This document shows, piece by piece, positions 1 through 9,380 of a DNA stretch of 64,000 bases (position 1 is the stretch's first letter; each line of letters starts with the position of its first letter). The position numbers and the translations under genes were made by a program. The stretch spans positions 138,933-202,932 of the forward strand of contig CAWBHC010000005.1 in assembly GCA_963788595.1 (NCBI GenBank). Direction: 5' to 3'. The notes beneath the pieces were generated by a model. That model worked only from the letters and a program-made list of their open reading frames with translations. It was not told the DNA's origin and did not search any database. The DNA comes from an uncultured Thermoleophilaceae bacterium. Its GTDB lineage: Bacteria; Actinomycetota; Thermoleophilia; Solirubrobacterales; Thermoleophilaceae.

Positions 1-755
1 GCGGCTCGAGCGGCAGGTCGCGCCCGCGGGCGAGGTCGAGCGCGAGCAGCCCGGGGTGCCCGAAGCGCTCGGAGACCGCGCGGGCGGGCAGGTCCGCCAG
101 CTCCCCGAGCGTCCGCAGGCCGAGCTGCTCGAAGAGCTCGGGCAGCGCCTGCAGCTCCGGCCTCGTGCGCAGGGTGCTGACGGGCAGCGGGGCGAGGAAG
201 CCGTCGCAGGGCCGCCTCCTCGACCACGACGGCGCCGGACACGAAGACGGGCCCGCCGGCTGACGCCGGCGCGGCGGCGCCGCGGGCGCGGCGCCGCGGG
301 CGCGCCTGCAGCGCCGCCGCACGGGCGGCGAAGCGGCAGGGCGCGGCGCCGAAGCGCGCGCCTGCGCCGAGTGCGCGCCGGGCGGCGGCCAGCACCCCGG
401 CGAGCTCGCCGCCGTGGAGGCTCTCGATCCCGGTGGACTCGAAGAAGGCTGCGCCCGCCTCGTCCGACTCCACCGCCGCTCCGATCGCCTCGATCCTGTC
501 GAGCACCACGTTCCAGAGCGAGCGCACCCCCTCGGGGTCGGGCGGGATGAGCCGCAGGGCCGGGCAGCGCGACATCGCCTCCCCCAGCCGCATCCCGCGC
601 ACGATCCCGTAGGCCTCGGCGGGCGCCGACACCTCGCCCACCAGCTGCTCGCGGCCCGCCTCGGGCGCCAGCGCGGCGGGCTCCGAGATCAGCGCCCGGC
701 GATCTCCGAGGGCGGCGAGCAGCTCGAAGCGGGGATAGAGGGCGCACACGACCAT
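1..755 (-). CDS. imuB: Y-family DNA polymerase-like protein (ImuB-like), N-terminal part. It runs off the window and has one frame break near 205-215.
   Basis: Hand translation from ATG 755..753 gives MVVCALYPRFELLAAL...LWNVVLDRIEAIGAAVES. After a frame hop it reads DGFLAPLPVSTLRTRPELQALPELFEQLGLRTLGELADLPARAVSERFG. This is the impB/ImuB pattern without a DinB-type acidic N-terminus. An SOS box lies 4 nt upstream. Confidence 0.55.
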   Translation of the reverse strand, partial: MVVCALYPRFELLAALGDRRALISEPAALAPEAGREQLVGEVSAPAEAYGIVRGMRLGEAMSRCPALRLIPPDPEGVRSLWNVVLDRIEAIGAAVESDEAGAAFFESTGIESLHGGELAGVLAAARRALGAGARFGAAPCRFAARAAALQARPRRRARGAAAPASAGGPVFVSGAVVVEEAALRRLPRPAARQHPAHEAGAAGAARALRAARPADARGAGGPARPRGLRALRAPRAARARPRPRARPAARA

Positions 756-758
756 GTA

Positions 759-772
759 CGAACACATGTTCG
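759..772. promoter_or_regulatory. LexA (SOS) box, CGAAC-N4-GTTCG
   Basis: cgaacacatgttcg is a perfect GAAC-N4-GTTC palindrome of the Gram-positive/actinobacterial type, directly upstream of the imuB-like start. Confidence 0.55.
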
Positions 773-774
773 CA

Positions 775-1650
775 TCAGAGCGGACGCGGTGCAAGGAGGA
801 TTTCGTGTAGCTCGGTGAGCATGTCGGCGGTTTCTTCGAAGACGTCGCGCCAGGTGTAGCGGCGGAACCGGTCGCCCCTGCGGCGGGCATCGCGGTCGCG
901 GCGGCGGTCCTGCTCCCAGGCGTGCCTGGTCTTATGGAACTTGAACGAGTCGAGCTCGACGGTCAGCTTGTGGTCGGGCCAGCGGCAATCCACGTAGTGG
1001 GCGCCGGCGGGCCGGTTTGTGATCGCCGGCGGCAGCCCCGCCTCGCGCAACCGGGCGCGGAAGCCGCGCTCGAGCCGGCTCAGCAGGATCGGCGCGTCAC
1101 CCTCGAGGATCGCGCGCAGCCGCTGCGGCGCCCCTTCCACCTGCGTGACCTCGTAGCGCACGGTGGCCTCATGGGCCGCCCTCGCGAGCTCGTCGAACGA
1201 CAGCAACGAGGGTGAGGCGACACGCACCAGCGTCGCCGGCACCGTCGTCACCGGGACGCCGCGCCAGACCGTCCCGTCCCCCTTCCCCAGCCGCCGTACG
1301 CGCCGTGTTGTCACACCCCTGATGCGCCGCTCCGTCCGGGACGTCACCTCGGGCGGGGGCGCCCACCCCTTCACGAGGCCCCACAGCCACGCCGCCGCCA
1401 GGCCACTCAACAACGCCCCTTCACCGCACGCCTTTACTGCGGCGGTGTAGCGCGCCTCCACGGAGGGCGCCTTATGACCCACCCGGTAGACGCCCCGAAA
1501 GACAGCAATGAGGGAGCCCGTCTGGAGTCGGTGCACGATCTCGTGTCGGCTCACGCCCGCTTCCAGCAACTCGGCCCGGGTCACCACCCCATGCGACCGC
1601 CTCGCCAGCTCGGCCAGCTTCCGCTCAACAGTCCTGACTTTGGCCGCCAC
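775..1650 (-). CDS. DUF559 (Vsr-like endonuclease fold) protein with AbiEi-like N-terminal wHTH
   Basis: 291-aa ORF. The N-terminus reads LARRSHGVVTRAELLEAGVSRHEIVHRLQTGSLIAVFRGVYRVG. The C-terminus reads VDCRWPDHKLTVELDSFKFH...RDRDARRRGDRFRRYTW, typical of DUF559. GTG start. Confidence 0.7.
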   Translation of the reverse strand: MAAKVRTVERKLAELARRSHGVVTRAELLEAGVSRHEIVHRLQTGSLIAVFRGVYRVGHKAPSVEARYTAAVKACGEGALLSGLAAAWLWGLVKGWAPPPEVTSRTERRIRGVTTRRVRRLGKGDGTVWRGVPVTTVPATLVRVASPSLLSFDELARAAHEATVRYEVTQVEGAPQRLRAILEGDAPILLSRLERGFRARLREAGLPPAITNRPAGAHYVDCRWPDHKLTVELDSFKFHKTRHAWEQDRRRDRDARRRGDRFRRYTWRDVFEETADMLTELHEILLAPRPL

Positions 1651-1669
1651 TGACAGCCAAAGTCAGGAC
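1631..1669 (-). terminator. Perfect 14-bp stem / 11-nt loop hairpin, 22 nt downstream of the TauE stop
   Basis: gtcctgactttggc (1631-1644) pairs with gccaaagtcaggac (1656-1669). There is no clear U-tract. The hairpin overlaps the DUF559 start codon. Confidence 0.4.
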
Positions 1670-1690
1670 CAGGTCGAGAATCGCCCCCCC

Positions 1691-2431
1691 TCAGAGGGAA
1701 GCGAGGCCCGCCACCAGGCTCGCCGCCCCCGTGCAGAGCACCAGCGCGAGCGCGATCCCGAAGAAGCGCTCGCCATCGAGCCGGCGGAACGCGAGCGCCC
1801 CGGCGGCGTAGCCCACGAGGACGACGGCGAGCAGCGGCGCCACGACGCCGGCGTCGACCGACGGGCTGCCCTCGGTGGCGATCAGCATCACCCAGCCGGC
1901 CAGGTTGAGCGCGAGGAAGCTCGCCGACAGCGAGGCACGGAACTCCGACGGCCCGACCCCGTGCGCCTCGAGCCACAGGACGATCGGCGGGCCGCTGACG
2001 CTGATCGAGGTCGTGAGCACGCCGCTCAGGAAGCCGACCCCCCAGCCGGCCACCCGAGGCAGCTCCGCCCGCTGCGGCCTGCCGGGGCCCGAGCGGCGCG
2101 CCGAGAGCTGCAGCGCGCCCGCGCCGATCACCGCGACGCCGACCGTGATCTGGAGCGCCTGCTTGGAGAGCGCAGCCAGCAGCAGGAGCCCGGCCACGAG
2201 CCCGGGCAGAGCGGCCAGCAGCATCGGCGCCAGGCGCCGCCAGTCCGCGTGCCCGCCGTCCTCGATCAGCACGAGCAGGTTGAGCGTGACGCCGAGCGCG
2301 AGCAGCGTCGCCACCGCCTCGGTCGGATCGAGCACGGCGAACAGCGCCGGCGAGAGCACGAGCGCGAAGCCGAAGCCGGTGGCCGACTGAATCGTGGCGC
2401 CGGCCAGGGCGGCGATCGCCGCCAGGACCAT
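1691..2431 (-). CDS. TauE/SafE (TSUP) family anion exporter
   Basis: 246-aa polytopic membrane protein (MVLAAIAALAGATIQSATGFGFALVLSP...). Its ATG overlaps the upstream stop as ATGA. Confidence 0.8.
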   Translation of the reverse strand: MVLAAIAALAGATIQSATGFGFALVLSPALFAVLDPTEAVATLLALGVTLNLLVLIEDGGHADWRRLAPMLLAALPGLVAGLLLLAALSKQALQITVGVAVIGAGALQLSARRSGPGRPQRAELPRVAGWGVGFLSGVLTTSISVSGPPIVLWLEAHGVGPSEFRASLSASFLALNLAGWVMLIATEGSPSVDAGVVAPLLAVVLVGYAAGALAFRRLDGERFFGIALALVLCTGAASLVAGLASL

Positions 2432-3459
2432 CAGCCGATCGTGACGAGGTCCTTCGGGAAGGCGGTGAGCACCTCGGGCTCGATCTCGCCGACGATCACC
2501 AGGTCCTCGATCCGCACCCCGACCTCGCCCGGCACGTACACGCCGGGCTCGACTGTCACGGCGTTGCCGGCCACGAGCTCGCCCTCGGCGGTCTTGCCGA
2601 GCCGCGGCGCCTCGTGGATCTCGAGCCCCACGCCGTGACCGAGCCCGTGCCCGAAGCGCTCGCCGTGGCCCTCGGCCTCGATCATGTCGCGCGCGACGGC
2701 GTCGACCGCGGAGCAGGACGCGCCCGGATGCACCGCGGCGAGCGCGGCGCGCTGGGCGCGCCAGACGAGCTCGTAGGTCTCGAGCGCCTCGTCGCCGAGC
2801 GGCCCCGTGGCGAGCGTGCGCGTGCAGTCCGAGCAGTAGCCGTCCACCTGGGCGCCCATGTCGATCACGACGAGCGTGCCGCGCGGGATCTCGACGTCGC
2901 GGGGCACGGCATGCGGCAGCGCCCCGTGCGCGCCGGACGCGACGATCGGCGGGAACGAGGGCCCGTCCGCGCCGCGGTCCTCCATGAAGCGGGTGAGCGA
3001 GACGGCCACCTCGCGCTCCGTGCGTCCCGCGAGGCCGGTCTCGCGGAGCGACTCGTAGGCCTCGGTGGCGATCTCCGCCGCGGCGCGCATGGCTGCGACC
3101 TCGGACGCGTCCTTGACCGCGCGCAGGTCCTCGACGAGCCCGCCGGCGGGCACGAGCTCGACGCCCTCGCCCGTCTTCTCGCCGAGCTTGGCGTGGGTCG
3201 CGACGCTCATGTGGCCGTCGTCGAAGCCGGCCCGCCCGCGCAGCCGCTGCGCGAGGCCGCCGAGCAGGTCGCGGCCGATCTCGAGCGGCTCGTAGCCGTC
3301 CACCTGCGCGGCCGCCTGCTCGACGTAGCGGAAGTCGGTGAGGAAGAGCCGCTCGCCGGGGCTGATCACGCAGGCGCCGTTCGTGCCGGTGAAGCCGGTC
3401 AGGTAGCGGACGTTCAGCAGGTTCGTGACGAGCAGGCAGTCGAGCTCGCGCTCGGCCAT
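2431..3459 (-). CDS. Xaa-Pro aminopeptidase (M24B family)
   Basis: 342-aa ORF with creatinase-like N-terminus and M24 metal-ligand motifs (VVIDMGAQVDGYCSD, HGLGHGVGLEIHEAP, VTVEPGVY). It sits in the syntenic pepQ position after aroQ. Confidence 0.85.
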   Translation of the reverse strand: MAERELDCLLVTNLLNVRYLTGFTGTNGACVISPGERLFLTDFRYVEQAAAQVDGYEPLEIGRDLLGGLAQRLRGRAGFDDGHMSVATHAKLGEKTGEGVELVPAGGLVEDLRAVKDASEVAAMRAAAEIATEAYESLRETGLAGRTEREVAVSLTRFMEDRGADGPSFPPIVASGAHGALPHAVPRDVEIPRGTLVVIDMGAQVDGYCSDCTRTLATGPLGDEALETYELVWRAQRAALAAVHPGASCSAVDAVARDMIEAEGHGERFGHGLGHGVGLEIHEAPRLGKTAEGELVAGNAVTVEPGVYVPGEVGVRIEDLVIVGEIEPEVLTAFPKDLVTIG

Positions 3460-3498
3460 GCAGGCGCACGAGCCGGTCGGTTCGCGCGGCCTGCCCGT

Positions 3499-3936
3499 TC
3501 ACCGCATCGCCTCCTTGAGCATCTCGAGCGCCTCACGGTAACCGTCCACGCCCTTGCCCTGCACGGTGCCCACGCAGAGGTCGCGGATCACCGACACGCG
3601 CCGCCACTCCTCGCGCCGGTCGACGGCGGACAGGTGCACCTCGACGGCGGGCACGGCGGCCAGCTCGAGCGCATCGCGGATCGCCCACGAGTAGTGAGTC
3701 CAGGCGCCGGGGTTGAGGACGACGCCGTCCGAGCTCTCGCCCGCGCGGTGCAGGAACTCGCAGTACTCGCCCTCGTGGTTCGTCTGGAAGAAGCTCAGGT
3801 CGAGGCCGAGCTCGCGCGCGTGACCCTGGATCTTGACCTCGAGCTCCGGCAGCGTGAGGCCGCCGTAGTGCGCGGCGTCGCGGCGGCCGAGCACGTCGAA
3901 GTTCACGCCGTGCAGCACCTCCACGCGGGTCTTCAT
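3499..3936 (-). CDS. aroQ: Type II 3-dehydroquinate dehydratase
   Basis: 145 aa: [26 protein letters not shown]...[15 protein letters not shown]...[18 protein letters not shown]...VEVHLS. Confidence 0.9.
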   Translation of the reverse strand: MKTRVEVLHGVNFDVLGRRDAAHYGGLTLPELEVKIQGHARELGLDLSFFQTNHEGEYCEFLHRAGESSDGVVLNPGAWTHYSWAIRDALELAAVPAVEVHLSAVDRREEWRRVSVIRDLCVGTVQGKGVDGYREALEMLKEAMR

Positions 3937-4945
3937 CCGTCGTGCACCTCCTCGACGGCGGCGCGCAGCGCCGCCGGGTCGGGCTCGTGTCCGGGCGTGA
4001 CCTCGCCGGGCGCCTCCACGAGCACGAACGGCACGCGGCCGCCCGTTCGCTTCTTGTCGCGCCCGATCAGCTCGAGCACCTCGTCCACGCTCGCGCCGCC
4101 GAAGCGCAGCGGCAGGCCGCGGGCCTCGAGCAGGCCGGCCACCTCGGTGCGCAGCGCGTCGCGGCCCGACAGCCGCAGGGCGGCGAGCAGCCCGATGCCG
4201 ACGGCCTCGCCGTGGCGGTAGCGCGCGTACCCGGTGGCCGCCTCGATCGCGTGGCCGACCGTGTGCCCGAGGTTGAGCACCTGGCGCCGCCCGGAGTCGC
4301 GCTCGTCTGCGGCCACGACCGCCAGCTTGGTGCGCAGGCAGCCCATGATCACCTCCGCGTCCGGCTCCTCCCCCCTGCGCACCCGCGCCCACAGCGGACC
4401 GCCCGCGATCAGCGCCGTCTTGACCACCTCCACGAAGCCGGCGGCATGCTCCTCGCGCGGCAGCGTCGCGAGCAGCGCCGGGATCGCACAGCACGGCGGC
4501 GGGCTGGTGGAAGGCGCCCGCGTAGTTCTTGCCCTCGGGCAGGTCGACGCCGGTCTTGCCGCCGTAGGCGGAGTCGACCTGGGCGACGAGCGTCGTCGGC
4601 ACCTGGACGTGCGCCATCCCCCGCTGGTAGACGGCGGCGCAGAAGCCGGCCAGGTCGCCCACGACGCCGCCGCCGACCGCCACCACCAGGTCGCCGCGCT
4701 CGGCGCCCGCGCGCGCAAGCCGCCGCAGGACCTCCTCGGCGCCCGCGAGCGTCTTGTGGCGCTCGCCCGCCGGCACCACGATCCGCTCGTCCCCTTCGAA
4801 GGCGACGGCGCGCTCGACGTTCTCGTCGGTCACGACGAGCCGGCGCCCCGCGCGCGGGTAGAAGAAACCGGAGCCGACGAGGCCCGCCGCCGAGGAAGAC
4901 CGGGTACTCGCCCGACGCCGCGGAGGCCCACACGAGCCTCGTCCC
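3933..4945 (-). CDS. aroB: 3-dehydroquinate synthase domain, read continuously with the AroK domain. Frame breaks near 4885 and 4480.
   Basis: Pieces in two frames: [13 protein letters not shown]...[48 protein letters not shown], then [23 protein letters not shown]...[12 protein letters not shown]...[10 protein letters not shown]. Confidence 0.85.
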
Positions 4946-5465
4946 GGCGGGGGCCTCGGCGAGCGCCGCGAGCGCGGGCAGCGCCCGGCGGATGCCCTCG
5001 CGGTCGCCGGGCGGGACGATCACGTCCGCGACCGACTCGTAGAGCGCCGTGCGGTCGGAGTGGAGGCGGCCGAAGCGCTCCGGCTCGCGAGCGAGCGGGC
5101 GGCCTTGGTTCGAGGCTCGCCGCCACGCCTCCTCGGGCTCGACCTCGAGATGGACGACCGTGTGGCCGGTCGAGCGCTTCGCGGACGCGCTCGGAGCCGA
5201 CGGCGCCGCCGCCCAGGGCGATCACGCGCGCATCGGGGTGCTCGAGCAGCTCGAGCACCACCTCCTCCTCGCGCGCGCGAAAGGCCGGCTCGCCCTCGCG
5301 GTCGAAGAAGCTCTCGATCGGCTCCCCGAGCCGCTCCTCGAGCACGTGGTCGGAGTCGAGCGGCTCGACCCCGAGCCCGGCCGCCAGCGCGCGGGCGCCG
5401 GTCGACTTGCCGGCCCCCATGAAGCCCACCAGGACGAGCGCCCCTCCCGCTATGCGCGCCTCCAG
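4946..5465 (-). CDS. aroK: Shikimate kinase domain. Start uncertain, frame break near 5160-5175, and no stop before the AroB domain.
   Basis: Contains [20 protein letters not shown]...[34 protein letters not shown]...IALGGGAV. After a frame hop it reads [17 protein letters not shown]...[11 protein letters not shown]. Confidence 0.8.
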
Positions 5466-6626
5466 CCGATGCGTTCCTCGTAGGCGGCCAGCGCCGCGCG
5501 CGCGTCGTCGACGTGGTCGCCGCCGAACTTGTCCCGGTACGCCGACGCCAGCACGAGCGCGACCATCGCCTCGCCGACGACGCCGGCGGCCGGCACGGTG
5601 CACGAGTCGGTGCGCTCGCGCAGCGCCTGCGCCGGCTCCTTGGTCTCGGTGTCGACCGAGCGGAGCGGCTTCGTCAGCGTCGGCAGCGGCTTCATCGCGC
5701 CCGACACGACCAGCGGGTCGCCGGTCGTCATGCCGCCCTCGAGCCCGCCGGCGCGGTTGGTCTCGCGGTGGTAGCCGCGCTCCTCGGAGAAGAAGATCTC
5801 GTCGTGGGCCTGCGAGCCGACGCGCTCGGCCAGCGCGAAGCCGTCGCCGATCCCGACGCCCTTCATCGCCTGGATCGACATGATCGCCCTGGCGAGGCGC
5901 CCGTCGAGGCGCTGCTCCCACGAGATGTACGAGCCGATCCCGGGAACGAGCCCGAACGCCATCACGTCGAAGACGCCGCCGAGCGACTCGTTCGCCTTGC
6001 GGGCGGCGTCGATCTCGGCCACCATCGCCTCGCTCGCGTCCGCGTCGAGGCAGCGCACGGGCGACTCGTCGACGCCCTCGAAGTCCTCGGCCGCAGGCCG
6101 TCGGGCTCGGGCGCCGTGACGCTGCCGATGCGGGTCACGTGGCGAGCGCACCGTCCACGCCGAGCGCGCGCAGGAAGGCCTTGGCGAGCGCGCCGGCCGC
6201 CACGCGCGCCGCCGTCTCGCGCGCGGAGGCGCGCTCGAGCACGTTGCGCACGTCGGTGAAGCCGTACTTCTGGATGCCGGCCAGGTCGGCGTGGCCCGGG
6301 CGGGGCAGGTGGACCTCGTCGACCTCCGCCTCGACCGGCCACGGGTTCATCCGCTCCTCCCAGTTGCGGTAGTCGCGGTTCTCGATGCGAAGCGCGACGG
6401 GGCTGCCGAGCGTGCGCCCGTGGCGGATCCCGGAGGTCACCTCCGCGCGGTCCTTCTCGATCTTCATGCGCCCGCCGCGGCCGTGCCCGAGCTGGCGCCG
6501 GGCGAGGTCGCGGTCGATGTCCTCGGGCCTCAGCTCGAGGCCCGCGGGCAGTCCCTCGACGACCGCGGTGAGGCCCGGGCCGTGCGATTCCCCTGCTGTC
6601 ACGAAGCGAAACGACAAAGCGCCCAC
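5450..6626 (-). CDS. aroC: Chorismate synthase with two same-direction 1-nt frame breaks near 6140 and 6090
   Basis: The N-terminal ORF reads [29 protein letters not shown]...[13 protein letters not shown] middle piece, [15 protein letters not shown], lies in a third frame. The C-terminal ORF reads SPVRCLD...[13 protein letters not shown]...[15 protein letters not shown]. The total of 1177 nt is not a multiple of 3. Confidence 0.85.
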
Positions 6627-7169
6627 ACCCTACTCACGGGGTCGCTGACCGGTTCCGGCCCGGCGAGCAGCGCGACGATGCCGCCGAGTGCGAGGCACAC
6701 GCCGAACGGGATGGTCGCCTTGCGCGCGCCGGCCCCCTCGCGGGCGATCATCGCGAGGCCCGCGACGGCGCCGGACAGGAGCGCCACGATCAGCGCGGGG
6801 ACGACGGACAGGCCGAGGAAGAGGCCCATCGCGCCCGCCAGCTTCACGTCGCCCATGCCCATGCCCGGCGGGTACGCGACAACGGCGATGAGCAGGAACG
6901 TGAAGACCGCGGCGCCCGCCGCGAGGTTCTCGGCGAGATCGTCGCGATCCACCAGCACGGTGGCGATCACCCCCCACGCCGCCAGCGGGTAGACGATCCT
7001 GTTCGGCAGCAGCCGCCGGTCGACGTCGATCGCGGCGAGGGCGATCAGCGCGGCCACGAACGGAAGCTCGAGGAGAAGCTCGGCGCCCAGGCCGTTGACG
7101 GCGACGACCAGCCGCGACGGCCGCGGCCGTGAGCAGCTTGACGAGCGGGTCGCGAGCGATGAGGGACAT
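6599..7169 (-). CDS. Prepilin (type IV leader) peptidase, A24 family, short form. Frame break near 7105-7115.
   Basis: [21 protein letters not shown], then LVVAVNGLG...[13 protein letters not shown]...[18 protein letters not shown]...[10 protein letters not shown]. The Asp-containing motifs of A24 are present. Confidence 0.7.
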
Positions 7170-7262
7170 CGGCGGCGGTGGGAGGTTAAGCGGCGCGGGC
7201 GCAGGACTCGCCCCCTGCGCGATGGTCCGGACGGGTCCCTGACCGTCCCTACCATCCGGTGC

Positions 7263-7718
7263 GTGCACGTCCGCCGCGCCCTGCTCCTGTTCGCGATCGT
7301 CCTCGGCCTGGCGGCGCTCGCCGCCTCGCTGTCGCGCCCGCGCGACGATGAGCCGAGCCCGCCGCCCGAGCAGGCCACGACCTCGACCCCTGCCGAGGAG
7401 CCGGCGCCCGAGGCCTCACCCCGCGAGGAGCCGACCGAGGTCGCCGACACCTCCGGCACCATCGCGATGGACGCCGACGCCGAGGAGACCCGCCGCCTCG
7501 AGGCGGGGCGCTCGGCGAGCGTCGAGGTGACGGTGGACAAGCCGGGCCAGGTGGCCATCCCGGAGCTCGGGCTGACCGGCGCGGCGGACCCGCTCACGCC
7601 CGCGCGCTTCGACGTCCTCGTGAACACCGAGGGGCGCTACCCGATCGAGTTCACGCCCGCGGGCACGGGCGAGAGCGGCGCGGCGGGAACGCTCATCGTG
7701 ACGCCGCAGAGCGGTTGA
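7263..7718 (+). CDS. Hypothetical membrane-anchored protein: N-terminal TM, Pro/Glu-rich linker, about 90-aa beta-rich C-terminal domain
   Basis: GTG start, VHVRRALLLFAIVLGLAALAASL. No family recognised. Confidence 0.5.
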   Translation: MHVRRALLLFAIVLGLAALAASLSRPRDDEPSPPPEQATTSTPAEEPAPEASPREEPTEVADTSGTIAMDADAEETRRLEAGRSASVEVTVDKPGQVAIPELGLTGAADPLTPARFDVLVNTEGRYPIEFTPAGTGESGAAGTLIVTPQSG

Positions 7719-8151
7719 CGCGCGCGAGCGCGCTCGCCGCCGGGCTCGCGGCACTGGTGGTCGCGGCCGGCTGCTCCGACGACTCGGGCGAGCCCGCGGC
7801 GTCCCGAGCAGCCCGCGCCCGAGGCGCGCACGGCCCCCGACGCCACGGCCCCCGCGCCGCCGCGCCGCCTGCGCTGCCCCGAGGGCTCGGGCAACTGCGC
7901 CGGCCGCGGCCGGCCGCATCGTCTATGTCGAGCGCGTCGATCCCGACGGGGACGGCGACGCGCACTTCGTGATCGTCTCCCGGGACTCGGTCACCGGACC
8001 GGGCATCTCGGTGATCGACGTCCGGCGCGGACTGCGGCCCTCCCCCCTTCCGGGCCCGGGCGACTGGATCAGCGCGACGGGCCCGGTCTACGAGGGCTCG
8101 TACGGCCAGCGTCAGATCGAGGCCGTGCGGATCCGCGTGCGGCGGCGCTGA
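7715..8151 (+). CDS. Putative lipoprotein, frame-broken between about 7800 and 7970
   Basis: Lipobox LAALVVAAGCSDD at the N-terminus. The C-terminal part is in another frame: IVYVERVDPDGDGDAHFVIVSRDSVTGPGISVIDV... Confidence 0.4.
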
Positions 8152-8623
8152 CCTCGCGCAGCTCGATCTCGCCGTCCGGGGCGAGCAGCATCGTCAGGCC
8201 CGTGCGCGGGTCGCGCGGTGAGGGCCGCTGCTCGCGCAGGACGACGGCCGACCAGGCACGGCCCGCGTCGAGCTCGGGAGCGATCTCCTCGGCGAGCTCG
8301 CGCGGCACCCAGCCGACCTGCTCGCGGCCGCCCGGGCCGTGCACCGCGATCGCGTTCGGATCGTGCTCGTTGCCCGGATCGCGGCGCAGCTCGAGCCGTG
8401 CGCCCGGACCGAGATCCTCCCGCGCAAGCGCCTCGCCGTGGTGGCGCGCCGCTCCGGCCACGCCCGCCACACGCAGGCCGCGCTCCGCCAGCTCCGCCGC
8501 ATCGCGGCCGAGGTAGCGGCCCGAGGCGGGATCGACGAGCTGGTAGCCCGCGAGCCACACGACGCCGCCGTCGTCCGGATACCAGTAGCGCTCCTCGAAG
8601 CTGACGTCGACGAGCACGGTCAT
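8069..8623 (-). CDS. HIRAN domain protein
   Basis: MTVLVDVSFEERYWYPDDGG...LELRRDPGNEHDPNAIAVHGPGGREQVGWVPRELAEEIAPELD. ATGA overlap with the upstream GST gene. The 3' end is uncertain because of a convergent overlap with the lipoprotein. Confidence 0.65.
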   Translation of the reverse strand: MTVLVDVSFEERYWYPDDGGVVWLAGYQLVDPASGRYLGRDAAELAERGLRVAGVAGAARHHGEALAREDLGPGARLELRRDPGNEHDPNAIAVHGPGGREQVGWVPRELAEEIAPELDAGRAWSAVVLREQRPSPRDPRTGLTMLLAPDGEIELREVSAAARGSARPRSDAGRTSPRRPGPSR

Positions 8624-9363
8624 CGCCGGGTGCGAAACAGCTCGAGGGCGAAGGCGCCCGCCGGGTGCTCGCGGAAGCCGCGGACGACAGCCGCGAGCGG
8701 CCCCGGCAGCTCGTCCGGCTGCGGTAGCGGCACGCCGTAGCCGGGCGGGATGACCACCGCGGCAGCAAGTGCCGCGAAGGTCAGGTCGGCGGCGGTGAAG
8801 CGCTCGCCGCACAGGTAACGGCGCCCGTCTGAGAGCCGCTCTGCAACCTCGTCGAGCTCGCGCCGCACGCGCGGGTCGTCGTCGCGGATCGTCGTCGGCC
8901 CGATGCCGAGCTCGCGGCAGGCCCAGGGCTTGACGAGCGGCCAGCAGATCGTCAGGAAGCGGTCCTCCCACGCCGGGACGCCCTGGTTGTTGACGGCGAG
9001 CAGCTCGCGCTTGCGCGGCAGCATGTGCGCGTACATGAGCCGCCTGGCGTCCGGGCCGAGCCGCGCGTCGAACCCGCGGCAGAGGGCGAGGACCTCGTCG
9101 CGAAGGGCCGGATCGGACGGGAACAGCCGCTCCTCCGGCTCGAGGCACGCGTCGGCGTAGCGCAGGATCTCCTCGGATTCCGTGAGGACGCCATCGTCCG
9201 CGACCAGCACCGGGAGCGTGCCGGCGCCCCCGGCCCGCCGCGAGACGAGCCGGTGGACGCCCTGCACGTGACGCTCCTCGGTGTAGTCGATCCCGGCCCG
9301 GTCGAGCGCCCAGCGCGCCTTCTCGCAGAAGTGGCTGATCGGGATCGTCAGGAGGCGCCGCAC
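8620..9363 (-). CDS. Glutathione S-transferase family protein
   Basis: GTG start, MRRLLTIPISHFCEKARWALDRAGIDYTEE...LPVLVADDGVLTESEEILRYAD. Thioredoxin-like N-terminal domain plus helical C-terminal domain. Confidence 0.75.
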   Translation of the reverse strand: MRRLLTIPISHFCEKARWALDRAGIDYTEERHVQGVHRLVSRRAGGAGTLPVLVADDGVLTESEEILRYADACLEPEERLFPSDPALRDEVLALCRGFDARLGPDARRLMYAHMLPRKRELLAVNNQGVPAWEDRFLTICWPLVKPWACRELGIGPTTIRDDDPRVRRELDEVAERLSDGRRYLCGERFTAADLTFAALAAAVVIPPGYGVPLPQPDELPGPLAAVVRGFREHPAGAFALELFRTRR

Positions 9364-9380
9364 GCCCCCATGATGGCGGG

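Noticed and set aside
1691-3502. 603-aa minus-strand ORF
   Set aside because: Only its last 246 aa (the TauE/SafE protein) look like real protein. The upstream part is the Arg-rich alternative frame of the peptidase gene.
6599-7169. Prepilin peptidase as part of a type IV pilus or Tad locus
   Set aside because: No pilin-like (class III signal) genes, secretion ATPase or platform genes are present in the window. The two adjacent small exported proteins lack prepilin leader motifs.
8069-9363. GST-HIRAN gene pair as a defence or DNA-repair system
   Set aside because: Only a 4-nt overlap links them. The HIRAN protein has no helicase or nuclease partner domain, and there is no other defence hallmark nearby. 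The evidence is insufficient.
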